In this document: in pieces, positions 13,481-27,384 of the stretch | Layout: every line of letters begins with the position of its first letter | How positions within the stretch are numbered: position 1 is the first letter of the stretch | DNA from: Octopus bimaculoides | Taxonomy: Eukaryota | Length of the DNA stretch: 64,000 nucleotides | Assembly: GCF_001194135.2 (NCBI RefSeq) | Contig: NC_068987.1 | Span: forward strand, 957,351-1,021,350 | Direction: 5' to 3' | Notes under the pieces: generated by a model | What the model saw: the letters and a program-made list of their open reading frames with translations, nothing else | Database searches by the model: none | What the model was told of the DNA's origin: nothing | Made by a program: the position numbers and the translations under genes

Positions 13481-13776
13481 AATAAAGAACAATCAGGTTC
13501 ATTGCCTTAGAATGCTTACCTGTAAGAAGAGGAACATTTCTCCATTGACTGAGATTATAGACGATGACGTAGCAGCAATGAGATTAGAGATAATTCACCT
13601 TAATACAAAACGAAAGAAAGAAGTAAAGCCGTTACTTGGTGTCTCACTGTGTAAGAAATATCAATGTCGGTGTTATAAAGGGCCACTTCGTGTAATCAGG
13701 GATCAATTCTTTGCATAACAAGGGACCTCCACTTCGTGTTACGAAGCACCGCCTCTCCGCACCATCAATGTCGTCT

Positions 13777-13990
13777 GGTGAGCTGGCAGAAACGTTAGCA
13801 CGCCGGGCGAAATGCATGACGGTATTTCGTCTGCCGCTTCGTTCTGATTTCAGATTCAGCCGAGGTTGACTTTGCCTTTCATCCTTTCGGGGTCGATTAA
13901 ATAAGTACTAGTTGCGTACAGAGGTCGATGTAATCAACTAGTCCCCTTCCTTCAAAATTTTCAAGTCCTTGTGCCTAGAGTAGAGATATT
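13777..13990 (+). mobile_element. tRNA-derived SINE, family A, near full length
   Basis: ggtgagctggcagaaacgttagcacgccgggcgaaatgc...gccgaggttgactttgcctttcatcctttcggggtcgattaaataagtac...ccttgtgcctagagtagag. Confidence 0.92.
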
Positions 13991-14084
13991 GTTGTCTGAA
14001 GGAAAACAATTGCCAATTAACACTCAAAATGAAAAGAGACGGAAATAATCCTGGAAAGAATTTTAACCAACGATCAAACAATTC

Positions 14085-14220
14085 TTTGATTCTACTCCCC
14101 TGGCTTTATATTTAATCGACCGAAGAAGGCTTGAAAAGCAAATTCGACATCACTGGGATTTGAACTCTGAAGCTAAAGCGGTGAAGCAAATACCAGAAAC
14201 AATTTCGCCAATCCGTCACC
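14085..14220 (-). mobile_element. SINE family A, diverged, inverted relative to the 13777-13990 copy
   Basis: Plus-strand tttaatcgaccgaagaagg-ttgaaaagcaaattcgac...gggatttgaactc matches the reverse-oriented core seen at 1.0 and 45.6 kb. Confidence 0.65.
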
Positions 14221-14679
14221 TATATCAGGGAAATTGTTATAAACCATCACATCCTCTCACAGCATTCCTTCTACTCCACGTGGATACATTACAAAAACAT
14301 TGCTCTATCAGTAATGCAGTGGAATGTATGAAATCCACAACACACACAGCAGTTAGCTTCACTAAAATATCTCACACTGACACAAATACTGGAAATCGTT
14401 TTATCACACCGTCTTTCTGCTTATTTCTCTGTTTCGTGCCATTGTCATCCCCATGTTGTCATTGTTGCTATTGTTATTGTTGTTGTTGTTGTTGTACTAC
14501 CTATAAGGTTTCACTTTTGTCTGTCTGTTCTACAGCGTATTACTGTATTTAATATTCACAGATATCCTTTCCTATCGATTTAGTTATGGCGGTGATATTC
14601 ATTTTATTGCGGATCATCATGCTGATATTGTGTTTGACGTTGTCATTCTTAAAGCTACTTCCGTTATTGTTATTATTAC

Positions 14680-14689
14680 TGTTATTGAA

Positions 14690-14751
<62 letters not shown>

Positions 14752-14863
14752 CATTTCATTATTATTTTTATTGTTACCGCTGCTTTCATTATTGTTGCTG
14801 TCGTCGTCATCACCATCATCATTATCATTATCATCATCATCATCATCATCATCATCGTCATCT

Positions 14864-14939
<76 letters not shown>

Positions 14940-14990
14940 CATTATTATTATTATTATTATTTACTACAACAATTGTTATTTTATTATTGC
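14680..14990. repeat. (TAT)n/(CAT)n compound microsatellite
   Basis: Read directly from the sequence. It is the source of the poly-L, poly-I and poly-Y ORFs. Confidence 0.95.
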
Positions 14991-16624
14991 TGCGGCCATT
15001 AATACCGTGTTTGTCCTTGTTTTAGTTGCTTACAATACATGACGATGATGACGATGATGATGATGATGACAATGGGAAGGAGGAGGGGCGAGGGATAATG
15101 GTTGTTTTGGTAGTTTGTTTGTTACTATTTGTCCGTTCCTTGTTTGTTAAATCGATGTTCATATTATTCGTGTTATTGTTGTTGTCGTTGCTGCTAATGT
15201 TGTCATCGTTGTTGTTGTTGTTGTTGTCACTTTTGTCGTTCTTTTTCTATGTAAGTCGCCAGGAATTGCCAAGATTCTTTTATCAGTTACAACAACAACA
15301 ACAACAACAGGAAAGACAACAAATATATAAAAAAAAACAGAAGCAAACAATATAAACAACAACAAAAAAATAAACAAGGAAATAAGAAAAAAGTAAAACA
15401 AAACTGGAAAAAAGAAAGGAAGAAGGAAATACAATCTACAGAACGACATAAATAAAAGAAGGAAAGAAAGAAATAGTGTGTATGTGAGTGTATGTGTGTG
15501 TGTGTGTGTGTGTGCGTGTGTGAGTGAGAGAGAGAAAAAGAAAGAAAGAAAGAAATACATATAAAGAGGAAAATAAGAAAAAGGAAAAAAAGAAACGAAG
15601 AAATACGTAAATAAATAAACGAAAAAAGAAAGACTGGAAGAAAGAAAGAAAGGAACAAAAAAAGAAAGATGAAAAAAAGAAAGAAAGAAAGAAGCGAGAT
15701 ATGTCGACTAAAATCTGTAAGATTGCAATATGGCTTCAAGCGGAACATTCACAGAAGGATAGAAATGTTGATGTGAAGAATTTAGCAATAATATAATGGA
15801 AGTGTGGACTAGAGCAAAAATAGCGACAACAACAACAACAACAACAGTAATATATAGAGAGAAACAGAAATATACAACAACGGACATCATTCGCACTTAA
15901 CAGTAATATAAGTGACGAGAGCAACAACAGAACTATTAATAACGTACAATGACATACAATAGCAACAACAACAACGCCGCCACCTCACAACAATACAGTG
16001 TAACATTCACCATTGATAATATATAAGAAGCAACACATCAACAAAAACACATGGACACACAATATACAAAAACCATAAGAAACAAACGTTAACAAACGAT
16101 CTACAACAGCAACAACAGCAACAACAGTAGCAACTACCATTAACAGGTACGACATTCTCCTAACAACGTTCACCAACCCACGCCTAAAAACAACAGACAT
16201 CAGCCCCTCACATTGACAACAAGAAAACAGCCTCCGTCTAACAACAGATAATGTTAGCCAACATAAACAACATTATGTATCTCGAGGACGTATTCACGAG
16301 TGATGAGAAGCAGGGAGGTGAATAAAATCCTAGAATTACAGGGGTCGATATAGTAATGTGCCACTAACAAGATTCGATCCACAAAAGAGGAGAGGTCAGT
16401 TTAAAAAAGAAGCCAAATCTGTTACCATCAGTTCGTTTCCCGTACTTGTCCACACTCTATGATGACGAATGTTGGGTAATGATCGACAGAATACGATCGC
16501 GAATACAAACAAGCGAACAGCTTCCCTCTTAAGGATCTAGGGAGTGACGTTACTCGATACGAATCGTATCTGTGAGATAAGGGAGTCTCTGTCCAGGTAG
16601 GAGACCGACCAAGGGGTTCACCAA

Positions 16625-16800
16625 GAGCGAGATGGTTGAATGAAGCCCATAATCATAGTTGATTATGGGCTAAGATCGATTTTCCCTTTAATCATTCTCG
16701 GGTCGATAAAATAAGTGTCCGTGAAGTAGTGGGGCTTATATAGGAGATCTACTCCCTTCTCTAAAATGAAAATGCTGGACCTGTATCACAGTTTGAAACC
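16625..16800 (+). mobile_element. Diverged SINE family A
   Basis: ctaagatcgattttccctttaatcattctcgggtcgataaaataagt...gctggacctgtatcacagtttgaaacc matches the family A core and tail. Confidence 0.6.
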
Positions 16801-17264
16801 GCAACAGCTTTACGATGTTGCACCATCTGCCAGAGATAATAGCCAAAACTGCCTCAAATTACGTCATAGCGATTTAAATAAGGAAGGATCCCTTGGTCAG
16901 TGATATACAATAAAACGAGATGGTCACGAACAGAACACCTTCAACTATAAGTTTGTTTAAAGAAGGCGGATTTAAGTGGAAACAACACATATATAATAGA
17001 ACAGACCTTGGTAACAATAACAATAACAACAGCAACAAGAAAATGGCATTAAGTACACAAGGGCACACGTCGTTAAGAGGAGAGAGCAACACAACGTCTT
17101 TTGTATGACTCCATTTAACAATACAAAAATAACAACATAACAACAACAACAACAACAGCAAGAACAACAAGAAGAACGATACAGACCTACAACAACAACA
17201 AGTACTACTAGAACCGTTACTAAAATATACATCACTAGCAACAACAACAATTAAATTACAACAT

Positions 17265-17350
17265 ACACCACCACCACCACCACCACCACCAACACCACAA
17301 CCACCACCACCACCACAACCACCACCACCACCACCACCACCACCACCAAC
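17265..17350. repeat. (CAC)n microsatellite
   Basis: Read directly from the sequence. Confidence 0.95.
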
Positions 17351-18736
17351 CCAGTTGTTTAACTCCGATTTTTACAGAGTAAACTTCCGTTATTTCACTT
17401 CACAAAAAGCTGTTGACAATTTGGCGCATGCTTATTGGCCACTTGGAGGCGGGAATGAATTTTATAGATACACAAATGCAGCGCACACACATGCGTATAT
17501 GCACTGACACACATGCAGGCGCGTGGAAACACGCGCTCGCGCACACATACGCCCATCCAAAAGATAAAAAAACAAAAAAAAATAACAAAACAGTAAGACT
17601 CAAGAACATACAAACATGCAACAACAGATTGGTGTATTTGGGTGTGTGCGAGTGTGTGAATTGGTATGTGAGCGTGCGTATGGTCTAGTTTGTGTCTGTG
17701 TGTTCCATTGGTTTTGTGTGCGTCTGTGAGAGGCGGTATTTGAGTCCGTGTGCATACGTGTGCATGTGTGTGTAATAGTCTAACTTTATCTAATAGCTGC
17801 CATTCAAGAGATTATTAGAAGACTCATAAGCATAACACACACGCACACGCACGCACGTACACACATACACACACATACGCACGCATATATGTAAGTATTC
17901 GACGGGCCAACAGACATGAAAGTTATAAGCGGTCAATGAAAACACAACCACACATATACACACACACACACGTGCGCATAGAAATATGTGCAGAGACAGA
18001 CATGCGTACATATGTTTCTCAGAGAATATATCGTTAAAAAATGTTGTTCACTGCATAAGGTCAAACCACACGTTCGTTGTTTTTTTTTACCATTGAAGCG
18101 AAGAGATTCAGCGCCTATATACATATGCCTGTATGTGCGTATGTGCGTGTGCGTGCGCATGTATATATATATATATATATATTTATTACGTATAGGTAGG
18201 CAGATAGACAGATAGACCGATAGACAGATAGACCGATAGACAGACAGACGGGTATATATATAAAGAGAGAGAGGGAGCGAGAGAAATAGAGATAGGTAAA
18301 TAAATAAAAAGATCAACAGATAGACAGATGTATGTATATATATTGTGTATGTATATATATAGACGCAGATATGTACAGTATATTTTCTGTTAATAAATAT
18401 ATGTATTATGTATTTGGTTGTTATGTTTGCCGAGTGTGGGAAGTGGGGAGAGTAAGTTTATAGATGTATAAATGTGTTTGGCTGTTAGGTAAAGCAGTTT
18501 TGTAAACCCAGTGAATGCTGTTTGGAATATCAATAGCTACGTCGACAGAATTTCAACAAATTAATGATAATTCTTCAGTTACACAAGAGATGTTACATAA
18601 AACGGGAAACCATACCTATTCATCCGCCATCTTTTAAAATGGAGGAGGAAAATACATATTCTATACAGATTTGCAGAACCTATTATTATTATTACTATTA
18701 TTATTATTATATGAAAACTCACAGCTTATTTTGCTG

Positions 18737-18781
<45 letters not shown>

Positions 18782-18854
18782 GCTGTCGTTGTTATGGTTC
18801 CTCTTCCTTTTCTTCTTCTTCTTCTTCTTCTTAGTGAGTACCGCACCACTTTAC

Positions 18855-18911
18855 CTATTTTGGAGTGGTGAGGTGTGACGTTACGATCTGCTACAGCGTA
18901 CATTTTGGAAG
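18855..18911 (-). CDS. Candidate 57-nt internal exon (ASKMYAVADRNVTPHHSKIG), phase 1/1
   Basis: Pyrimidine-rich acceptor ctttctcttcctctcagtctatag and donor ATAG|gtaaag. Only one frame is open and I recognise no homology. Confidence 0.3.
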
Positions 18912-19040
18912 CTATAGACTGAGAGGAAGAGAAAGAGTGAGGGTGAGAGGACGGAGAAAGTGAGAGACAGAGAGAGCAATGTATGTGTATATGCGTATAT
19001 ATTACATCTAGATACTCACACATACATACACGTGTAGGCA

Positions 19041-19117
<77 letters not shown>

Positions 19118-19824
19118 AATATGATATTAATGCATATGTTCACACAAGCATATATATGTTTGTGTGTGTGTGTGTGTGTGTGTAATGTGCCTACAGACAT
19201 ATAGTATTTCATTTATATTCATCCTCTGGTTAGTAAGAGGGGAATAAAAAAAAACTTGGATTACGCTGCTGAGATATAATGTTTGTAACCTTTTCTTAGA
19301 GACCGTGTTTACAGCCCGTATTAAAAGCAAACATCAATTAACAGTCTTGAAGGAATTGAACCTAAGTTCTTCTTCAGTAATCCTTACCCAAGTTACCGGT
19401 CCAGTATATACACTTCTCACCGTATACACCTCAACTCTAACTTTATTCTTATCTTAGCAGTTTCAATGACACCGAAGTCATCGACATTGTCATCGATCTG
19501 GGTTGTTGCTGGCGAATTTCCTCTTCCTTTTATTTACCTTTCAATAAAACTCTGCTCCATCAATTTTATATGTTTTTGGCTTCGAGACTATTTACTAAAT
19601 GCGGATAAGGTGCATTTCAATATGTATAGTCAATGAAATAGTATAATGGATAAATGATAAACGCACGCACACACACACACTCACGCACACATACACATAG
19701 AAAAGACACACACACAAATGCACACTCAAACACATGCAGACAGACACACACACAAACACACACAAACACACACACACATAATATACGTTATCACTTATTT
19801 CTTACAAGTCTCAGTGATTACAAA

Positions 19825-19985
19825 TGCGGCCATGCTGGAACACCACCTTGAAGAATTTTCTTTGAGCGAATCGACCGACGTACATAATTAGTTAAAGCTT
19901 CCTACTTTCGCTATCAACCCCTTTTGCCAACCACTAAGTTACTGGGACGCAAAGACCCCAATATCGGTTATCAAGCAATGGTTGC
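19825..19985 (-). mobile_element. SINE family B 3' tail
   Basis: Plus strand tgcggccatgctggaacaccacc...cttttgccaaccactaagttactgggacgcaaaga...atcggttatcaagc. The first block is the reverse complement of the tail at 56.7 kb. Confidence 0.75.
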
Positions 19986-20519
19986 AGGCTAACACACACA
20001 TATACACAAACACCCCCCCCATATATATATATATATATATTACATATTACAAATACTTATGGTTATTTCGATTTCTGACCCCCTATTCCCCACAAAGAAA
20101 TATATTGTTATGGCAAAGAGATCACACTCTGCATCGTTCATGCCTCTCCCAATTCCAGTTTTACCATTGTAAGACAATGTGAAACATTAAGAGACAGATT
20201 GAAATCGTTTTGTCGGTTCACCTTCTCTACGGTTTATCTATCAATATGCACTGCTCATCTCTATACTTCACGAAACATTACGATAATTACACGTATTTAT
20301 AATTTAATTGCTTATTTTGCCAGTAATTAGGTGGTTCTCATTATTTTTAATTAACACCTTTTATCTCTTCTTCTTAAAATAACAGTAAACACAGACATAG
20401 AAAATTTACTGTTTATTACGACATGTCATATTGTATATTATTTATTTTTTTCTTATTTATCTATTTAATTTTCTTCGTTAGATAATTAACGGAATGCACT
20501 GACATACGGAATATATACT

Positions 20520-21250
20520 ACATTTTATTTGAAATTAAATTCCTTGCAAAGATATTCTCTTACTTGGCTGTTTTCACCTTTGAAAAATTTCTATATTGAT
20601 CTTTATAATTTGCAAATCTTTATCAAAATTAGTTTTTGCCTTACTCAATGAATAATGCGCTCTTTTTTTCCTGATAATGTTCCGAATTCTGCTGGTGCTG
20701 CTATCGTCATATTTTCTCGGGATATTTGTAACAAGACTAGAAATTCATAATTTCTAAAATTCCTCTCGTCCTTAGCAATTCTTATAATTTCGAAATTAAA
20801 AGGTAACGCATTCTTAAAATTTCCAGAGCGTGGATCACAACGATAGCGATAAACAGCAAGAATCGGTAGCGCAACAAAAAACGAATTCTAATTTAAATTC
20901 TTAAGAGAGTTGAAGCCTGTCGCTAATAAGATATTTTGAGTTAAGAGAGTTTCCAGTGTTTGTAAATATGTGGTCAAGTTGGTGTGTTGATTGAACTGTC
21001 CATGCTATCACCCAAGTCTGTGAATCTATTCGCATAAAAATTTCAGATGAAAAATCTTTGAAATATCTTGTATACTTTCACTCTGCCACTAATAGATTAG
21101 ATTCGGAGAAACCCTGTCAGTTTTATTTGCTCTTTCTTCGAGAAACCTGGTATTTCTTTTTGTAAGCCAAGAAAAACTAGATTTACACAAAATATATGTA
21201 ATCTCCATTTTGTCGTTTGTGTTTTAAGAAGTCAACGTATTATTTAATTC
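20520..21250 (-). mobile_element. Old CR1/L2-like LINE ORF2 relic, endonuclease-RT linker
   Basis: Minus-strand RYFKDFSSEIF, TSRIRNIIRKKR and FANYKDQYRNFSKVKTAK*E resemble the RNFKNF...WITxEIRxLIRKR...YKxxRN...KxAKREY linker. There are many stops. Confidence 0.5.
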
Positions 21251-22128
21251 AGATGGTTTGGCTACTGTTTCTTGCAGGACCGATTACTAAAATGTAGCAT
21301 AAACGCAGGTCGATCAATCAACTGGAAATTGTAGTTAAGTATTCAATAATCCCTTGCTACCACTTCTAAAAAAGGAGTAGATATTATTGCATAATAGGAA
21401 GATACATAGCTCCATAAAACATCGAGATGGCCACAGATGGATTGCTTTTGATCATAGGTATGCTCAATAGGTGTAAAGAACATCAAAACTAATCACGCAG
21501 ATATGTAAGTATTTAACATATATACGCTATTAGAAAGATGATATCGCAAAGCACGACGGGAAAACAAACGATCTATGGTAAAGTCATTTAGAACACATTA
21601 ACAGCAATGTCACATTCATGTATGCCACTCTATAAAACATCACAGAAATCGTCTCATTTCGCATATTTCTAGTCGGCTTTTCATTTCTTTCTTGTTTATT
21701 TCATTGTACCAGAAACACTTGTTTTTAACACTGTACACCTCAGCATTTCATCCTCAATGACCCACTCTCCTCTCACCCTCTGTATATGTATATATGTGTG
21801 TGAGTNNNNNNNNNNNNNNNNNNNNNNNNNNNNNNNNNNNNNNNNNNNNNNNNNNNNNNNNNNNNNNNNNNNNNNNNNNNNNNNNNNNNNNNNNNNNNNN
21901 NNNNNNNNNNNNNNNNNNNNNNNNNNNNNNNNNNNNNNNNNNNNNNNNNNNNNNNNNNNNNNNNNNNNNNNNNTATGTATGCACGTCTGTTTGTATGTAT
22001 ACCTATTCGTGTGAGTCAATGTACACGCACACATAAACATTATTTATCTGTTGTTGATTTAAATGCATATTACAACCGAGGAATATATATTATGTAAGGA
22101 GGCTTGACTTAACTGTTATTTCTTGTAG

Positions 22129-22257
22129 AATAAACACAAATGGACGGGTGGTTGTTTACTGGAGATCAACTGGAATCCACTTCCTCAAAAACATCCAACC
22201 GATGTCTACTTCATCTTTTTTATAAGACAATATGTGTCCAAGACATCGCCTTATTTG
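22129..22257 (+). CDS. Candidate 129-nt exon (NKHKWTGGCLLEINWNPLPQKHPTDVYFIFFIRQYVSKTSPYL), phase 0/0
   Basis: Acceptor ctgttatttcttgtag and donor TTG|gtaact, with an open frame throughout. It could instead be the antisense of an RTE relic. Confidence 0.3.
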
Positions 22258-23528
22258 GTAACTATTTTCTCTCGTGTAACTCACGATGGAGTATTACGTG
22301 ATATATTTGGTTGCTATTTCTATCACGTCGACTGACCTCATAAGATACACATGAAGTCGAAAGAGAAAATCCAAAGCCCCTGAATTCGAACCCCTGTTAT
22401 TTCGTTTCCTTTTCTCACCTTGCTTATTTAACTCCAACAACTGTTGATTTCTATATTCGTTTTTCAGCTTTCCTAAAACAGCTTTCGGCTCCGTCGTTGC
22501 AGTTCTAAGCATGTTTACAACCTGCTCACTGTTATCTTCATGTGGATTGCTGTATAAAATGGAGGTTATTGCCTTTCCGCATTTGTTCTCTTGCGTGTAT
22601 TAAGTAAATAGATAAATACATTCCTGCAGTCATAAACAAATAAGGCCATGTAATGACGTGCTTGTAGCAAGTCATATTTTTATGGTTGACCAGAAAGTTG
22701 CAAATCTAATACACTATTGAATATTTGAAAATCAAATAAAAATCTTAGTCACCGAAATTAATCTATTAAAGGTGTTTGCTTTCGCCTTCTATTTATTTCT
22801 TGACCAATGATAGCTGTGAGCGCGCGCGACGTGTGTGTTTGTGTTTATATGGGAGAGAATAACAATATTGTCATGTATATATATATATATATAAATGCGT
22901 GTATGGCAGAATGATTATGTTTACATAGATAATAGATGGCTGTGTTTAGGGAAGTGGCTCAAGAAGAGCTCTCTATATGCATAAGCATTACATACACACG
23001 AATATGTATGTGTGTATATATAATCAAAATATATACGGGAAATGGTTACGTAGAAAGAGAGATTGACCAGGGACAGGTGTGTATGGTGGGATAGCTATGC
23101 ATACATGTAGGTAGGATTGCTGTGCATATATGTAACAGCCGTGTAAATACAGACCTGGATCAAATAGACCTCTGTGTGTGTATATGTATATATATATANN
23201 NNNNNNNNNNNNNNNNNNNNNNNNNNNNNNNNNNNNNNNNNNNNNNNNNNNNNNNNNNNNNNNNNNNNNNNNNNNNNNNNNNNNNNNNNNNNNNNNNNNN
23301 NNNNNNNNNNNNNNNNNNNNNNNNNNNNNNNNNNNNNNNNNNNNNNNNNNNNNNNNNNNNNNNNNNNNNNNNNNNNNNNNNNNNNNNNNNNNNNNNNNNN
23401 NNNNNNNNNNNNNNNNNNNNNNNNNNNNNNNNNNNNNNNNNNNNNNNNNNNNNNNNNNNNNNNNNNNNNNNNNNNNNNNNNNNNNNNNNNNNNNNNNNNN
23501 NNNNNNNNNNNNNNNNNNNNNNNNNNNN

Positions 23529-23562
<34 letters not shown>

Positions 23563-24454
23563 AGAATAATTGTATTTACATGTATGGTGAAATGACTCAG
23601 GGAGGTAAGCGTGGATCTTTAAAAGATACATCAGCAGAATGAGTTTGTCGTACATGTATAGTAAATGCTTGTATGGTTGGCCTGGGTCGAAACATGATGG
23701 GTGTAAATAACTGTTTAACAGGAGTGTGCTACATATGTGTATGTAGTGTGGACGGATGTGTGTAGGTAAGGGACATGGTTATTTGCCAGTAAGGAGAATA
23801 TATGCGTATAATATATGTTTATAGTGATGTATATAAACAGGTGTGTAGAAGAAGGTTGTAGAGCTGTTTATAGCTCTGGTGGACACATGTGAATAAACAG
23901 GGTGAATAAAAGTGTTTAAACATGGCGAATAAGTATATGTAGTTGTGATAGTGAGATAAATGGTGGAAAACCATATCGAAGCGTTTGTAGCTGTTATTGG
24001 TTCGCTTGGATCAATAATCGCACCCGATTTCATAGACGGCAAATTCTGCTAATAAGCAGATCACGGAAAAGGTAAAAAAAAAGATGGGTTAAATTGATAG
24101 TGACAAGCAAATCGTAAAAGGATTAATTACGACAGCATGTTGAACTTTTTTTTACTCTCTGGAATTGGAAAGAAAGGAATAACCTCGGGGAGAGAAGAAT
24201 TTACCATTGAAAGGGTTTCAGATGTATTTTCTTGAGCGAGGATGGTGGGGAGACGAGTGGAAAACATGTGCAAAACAAGACAAAGAGAAATATTCAATTA
24301 TTACTCTACTTATTAATGTTAGCAAATGTGATTGATGACAAATTATTGGTGCGAGTTCGATACAGAGTTGGTGGATGGAAGCTTGCAGCCAATGAAAGAA
24401 TATATGTATGTGTGTGTGTAAGTATGTATGTACTGGTGTATATATGGGTCAGTT

Positions 24455-24486
<32 letters not shown>

Positions 24487-25016
24487 NNNNNNNNNNNNNN
24501 NNNNNNNNNNNNNNNNNNNNNNNNNNNNNNNNNNNNNNNNNNNNNNNNNNNNNNNNNNNNNNNNNNNNNNNNNNNNNNNNNNNNNNNNNNNNNNNNNNNN
24601 NNNNNNNNNNNNNNNNNNNNNNNNNNNNNNNNNNNNNNNNNNNNNNNNNNNNNNNNNNNNNNNNNNNNNNNNNNNNNNNNNNNNNNNNNNNNNNNNNNNN
24701 NNNNNNNNNNNNNNNNNNNNNNNNNNNNNNNNNNNNNNNNNNNNNNNNNNNNNNNNNNNNNNNNNNNNNNNNNNNNNNNNNNNNNNNNNNNNNNNNNNNN
24801 NNNNNNNNNNNNNNNNNNNNNNNNNNNNNNNNNNNNNNNNNNNNNNNNNNNNNNNNNNNNNNNNNNNNNNNNNNNNNNNNNNNNNNNNNNNNNNNNNNNN
24901 NNNNNNNNNNNNNNNNNNNNNNNNNNNNNNNNNNNNNNNNNNNNNNNNNNNNNNNNNNNNNNNNNNNNNNNNNNNNNNNNNATATATATATTTATATATA
25001 TAAATATATATGTGTA

Positions 25017-25062
<46 letters not shown>

Positions 25063-25733
25063 GTTTCTTCATTTTAATCCTGTTTATATCTGTTTTCCTT
25101 CGTATGTATATGAGTGTGTGTCTGTATTTATATTTAAATGTAAATGAATTCTATATTCATGTTATATATACGATTGACTCTGAACTAAAAGCAGAGTCAA
25201 TCTCGGAGGCAATTTCAACAATAATTGACATTTCTTAAAATTTATAAATTTATATTTTCCTCGGGGGCAAAAACAAAAAAATTAGTTTCATATATTTCCA
25301 TTGAAAAGACCTCCGCTCTAAATCCAAACCAAGCTGAAAATTATATATTTTAGTGTCGCTTTATAACATAATAGATTGCGCTTGGCTTTACAATAAATCT
25401 ATTACGAAGCTGTGATAGCTGAAATATAGAACAAGGTCTTTCATGTTTGGACGGACGTAGAAAAAATATAATTGGCTACCAGTGAAATTTGTAGTCCTGC
25501 AAATTGGTGGGTTATGAATATTGCCCGATTCAATTCTCCATCATTTTCCAGCTTGATATCATAAGCAAAGCGTACACACGAGCACGCACACACACACACA
25601 CACACACGTACACCACTCAAATCACCACACGCACACAATGTACCAATACACTTGTGTGAGTGTGTATCTATTTATCTCTCTATCTATCTACCTATCTATA
25701 TATGGATGTGTAAATGTGTGTTGTCTATATATA

Positions 25734-25790
<57 letters not shown>

Positions 25791-26514
25791 GCATGTGCTT
25801 ATGTATGTATAATGAGATTCATTATGATGTAGTTCTTTAACGGTCAGAAAGGACCACGGTTGAATTAAATGTGAGGATTAAAGGACACATCAGTGGTTCA
25901 CTAACCTTATTATTTGGTTGAGAAAGTAAGGGAAATAACTCAACGTGTTTCTGCCTTATCAATGGAGACCCAGCCCCCGCCATTGCTTGTTACTTCGGCA
26001 AATATCTTATTATATAGAATGTTTATGAAATAGTTCAACGCTAGGCAGTGAGAGTAATTGAAAACTGAATTAAAAGAGGGCGCTGTCCTCTACTTTAGAA
26101 ATAAATTGATTCCTATGAATATTTACATTGTTGGTAAGTTTTAGTGATATTAGTACGTTTTTTTTTTTTGATTCGAGGGTATAATTTCATTTTGTAATTA
26201 TAAAATGAAATTTTGAATTGGAAATAAATCTACCGTTTAAAACAATCTAATTGGTAACGAAACGTAAAACTTTATGTAGTAAAGACCTTCTCTGTATAGC
26301 TGATATGAATAAATAGAATAATAGCTGATATGAAATAATAGCTGATATGAATAAATAGAAATTTGCTGTTGTCGTAGGCTGCTGGCAGTGATTTAAAGTC
26401 ATTTCTGTCAACGTGGCTCCATAACTCAACGGGACAGACAAGAAAGCCCTCACGTGGTCATTCGACCTGCTAAAAGTGACAGCCAAATCATCAGAAATCA
26501 CAAAGTTTTATCTT

Positions 26515-26601
26515 CCATTTTTTATTCATTTCAGTGATTAGACTGCGGCCAAACTGGAGCACCGCCTTGAGACAACCATAGAAACAAACACACACACATG
26601 C

Positions 26602-26673
<72 letters not shown>

Positions 26674-26830
26674 ACACAGATACGACAAGTTTGTTTCAGT
26701 TCCCGTAAAACAAATTCCCTCAAAACGCATCGGTTGGGCTGGGGTTGTGGCTGAAGAAACTTGCCGAAGTGTTTTCTTACCACACAATCAAGCCTGAGAC
26801 TTGTAGTTTCAATATCGAAAAGACACATCT
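26515..26830 (-). mobile_element. SINE family B with an internal (CA)n expansion
   Basis: Tail (plus strand) gactgcggccaaactggagcaccgccttg at 26540-26570, then (CA)n, then diverged head-side sequence gtttcagttcccgtaaaacaaattcc...aagaaacttgccgaagtg. Confidence 0.7.
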
Positions 26831-27384
26831 AGTTCTAAATTTTGCTGAAAACAAGATGAGAGAGTCGTGTATGGAATAAAAGCTTATTATGATAGCGTGA
26901 AATTATAACATCATCACTAACTTGTTTACCTTGATTAACCTAAGCGAATCCGGTCGACTATATAAATATTTTATTTCACACACACACACACACGCATATA
27001 TATTGTCCAGCATAAAGTTTCTATGTATTTTCCTTCTTTTTATTTTTGACAACAATTCACCTCACGGAACTTTTTCTTTAACCTTTTCACTACACGCACA
27101 CACACACACACACACATTGTCTGTTTGGCATTAGCCAGCGCTGAATCGGCATTGAGATGATAATCAATCGATCAATATATTTTATAAGCTGTATGATTGA
27201 TCATGTTTGAAGCATATTAGAAGATATGTGTATGTACCAAATACAGCTCTTACCGATTCACTTCCCGAAACCAGTACAAATCTAATTTTTGATATACTTC
27301 TTTAGTTCTCATGCACAATTATTATTATTATTATTTTTATTATTATTATTTATATTATTATTATTAGTATAGTTTAACTTTTTA

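Noticed and set aside
20640-21170. Beta-1,3-galactosyltransferase-like pseudogene on the plus strand (hydrophobic N-terminus, YFHSA...LRETW)
   Set aside because: The motif spacing is wrong, and the minus strand fits a CR1/L2 linker better.
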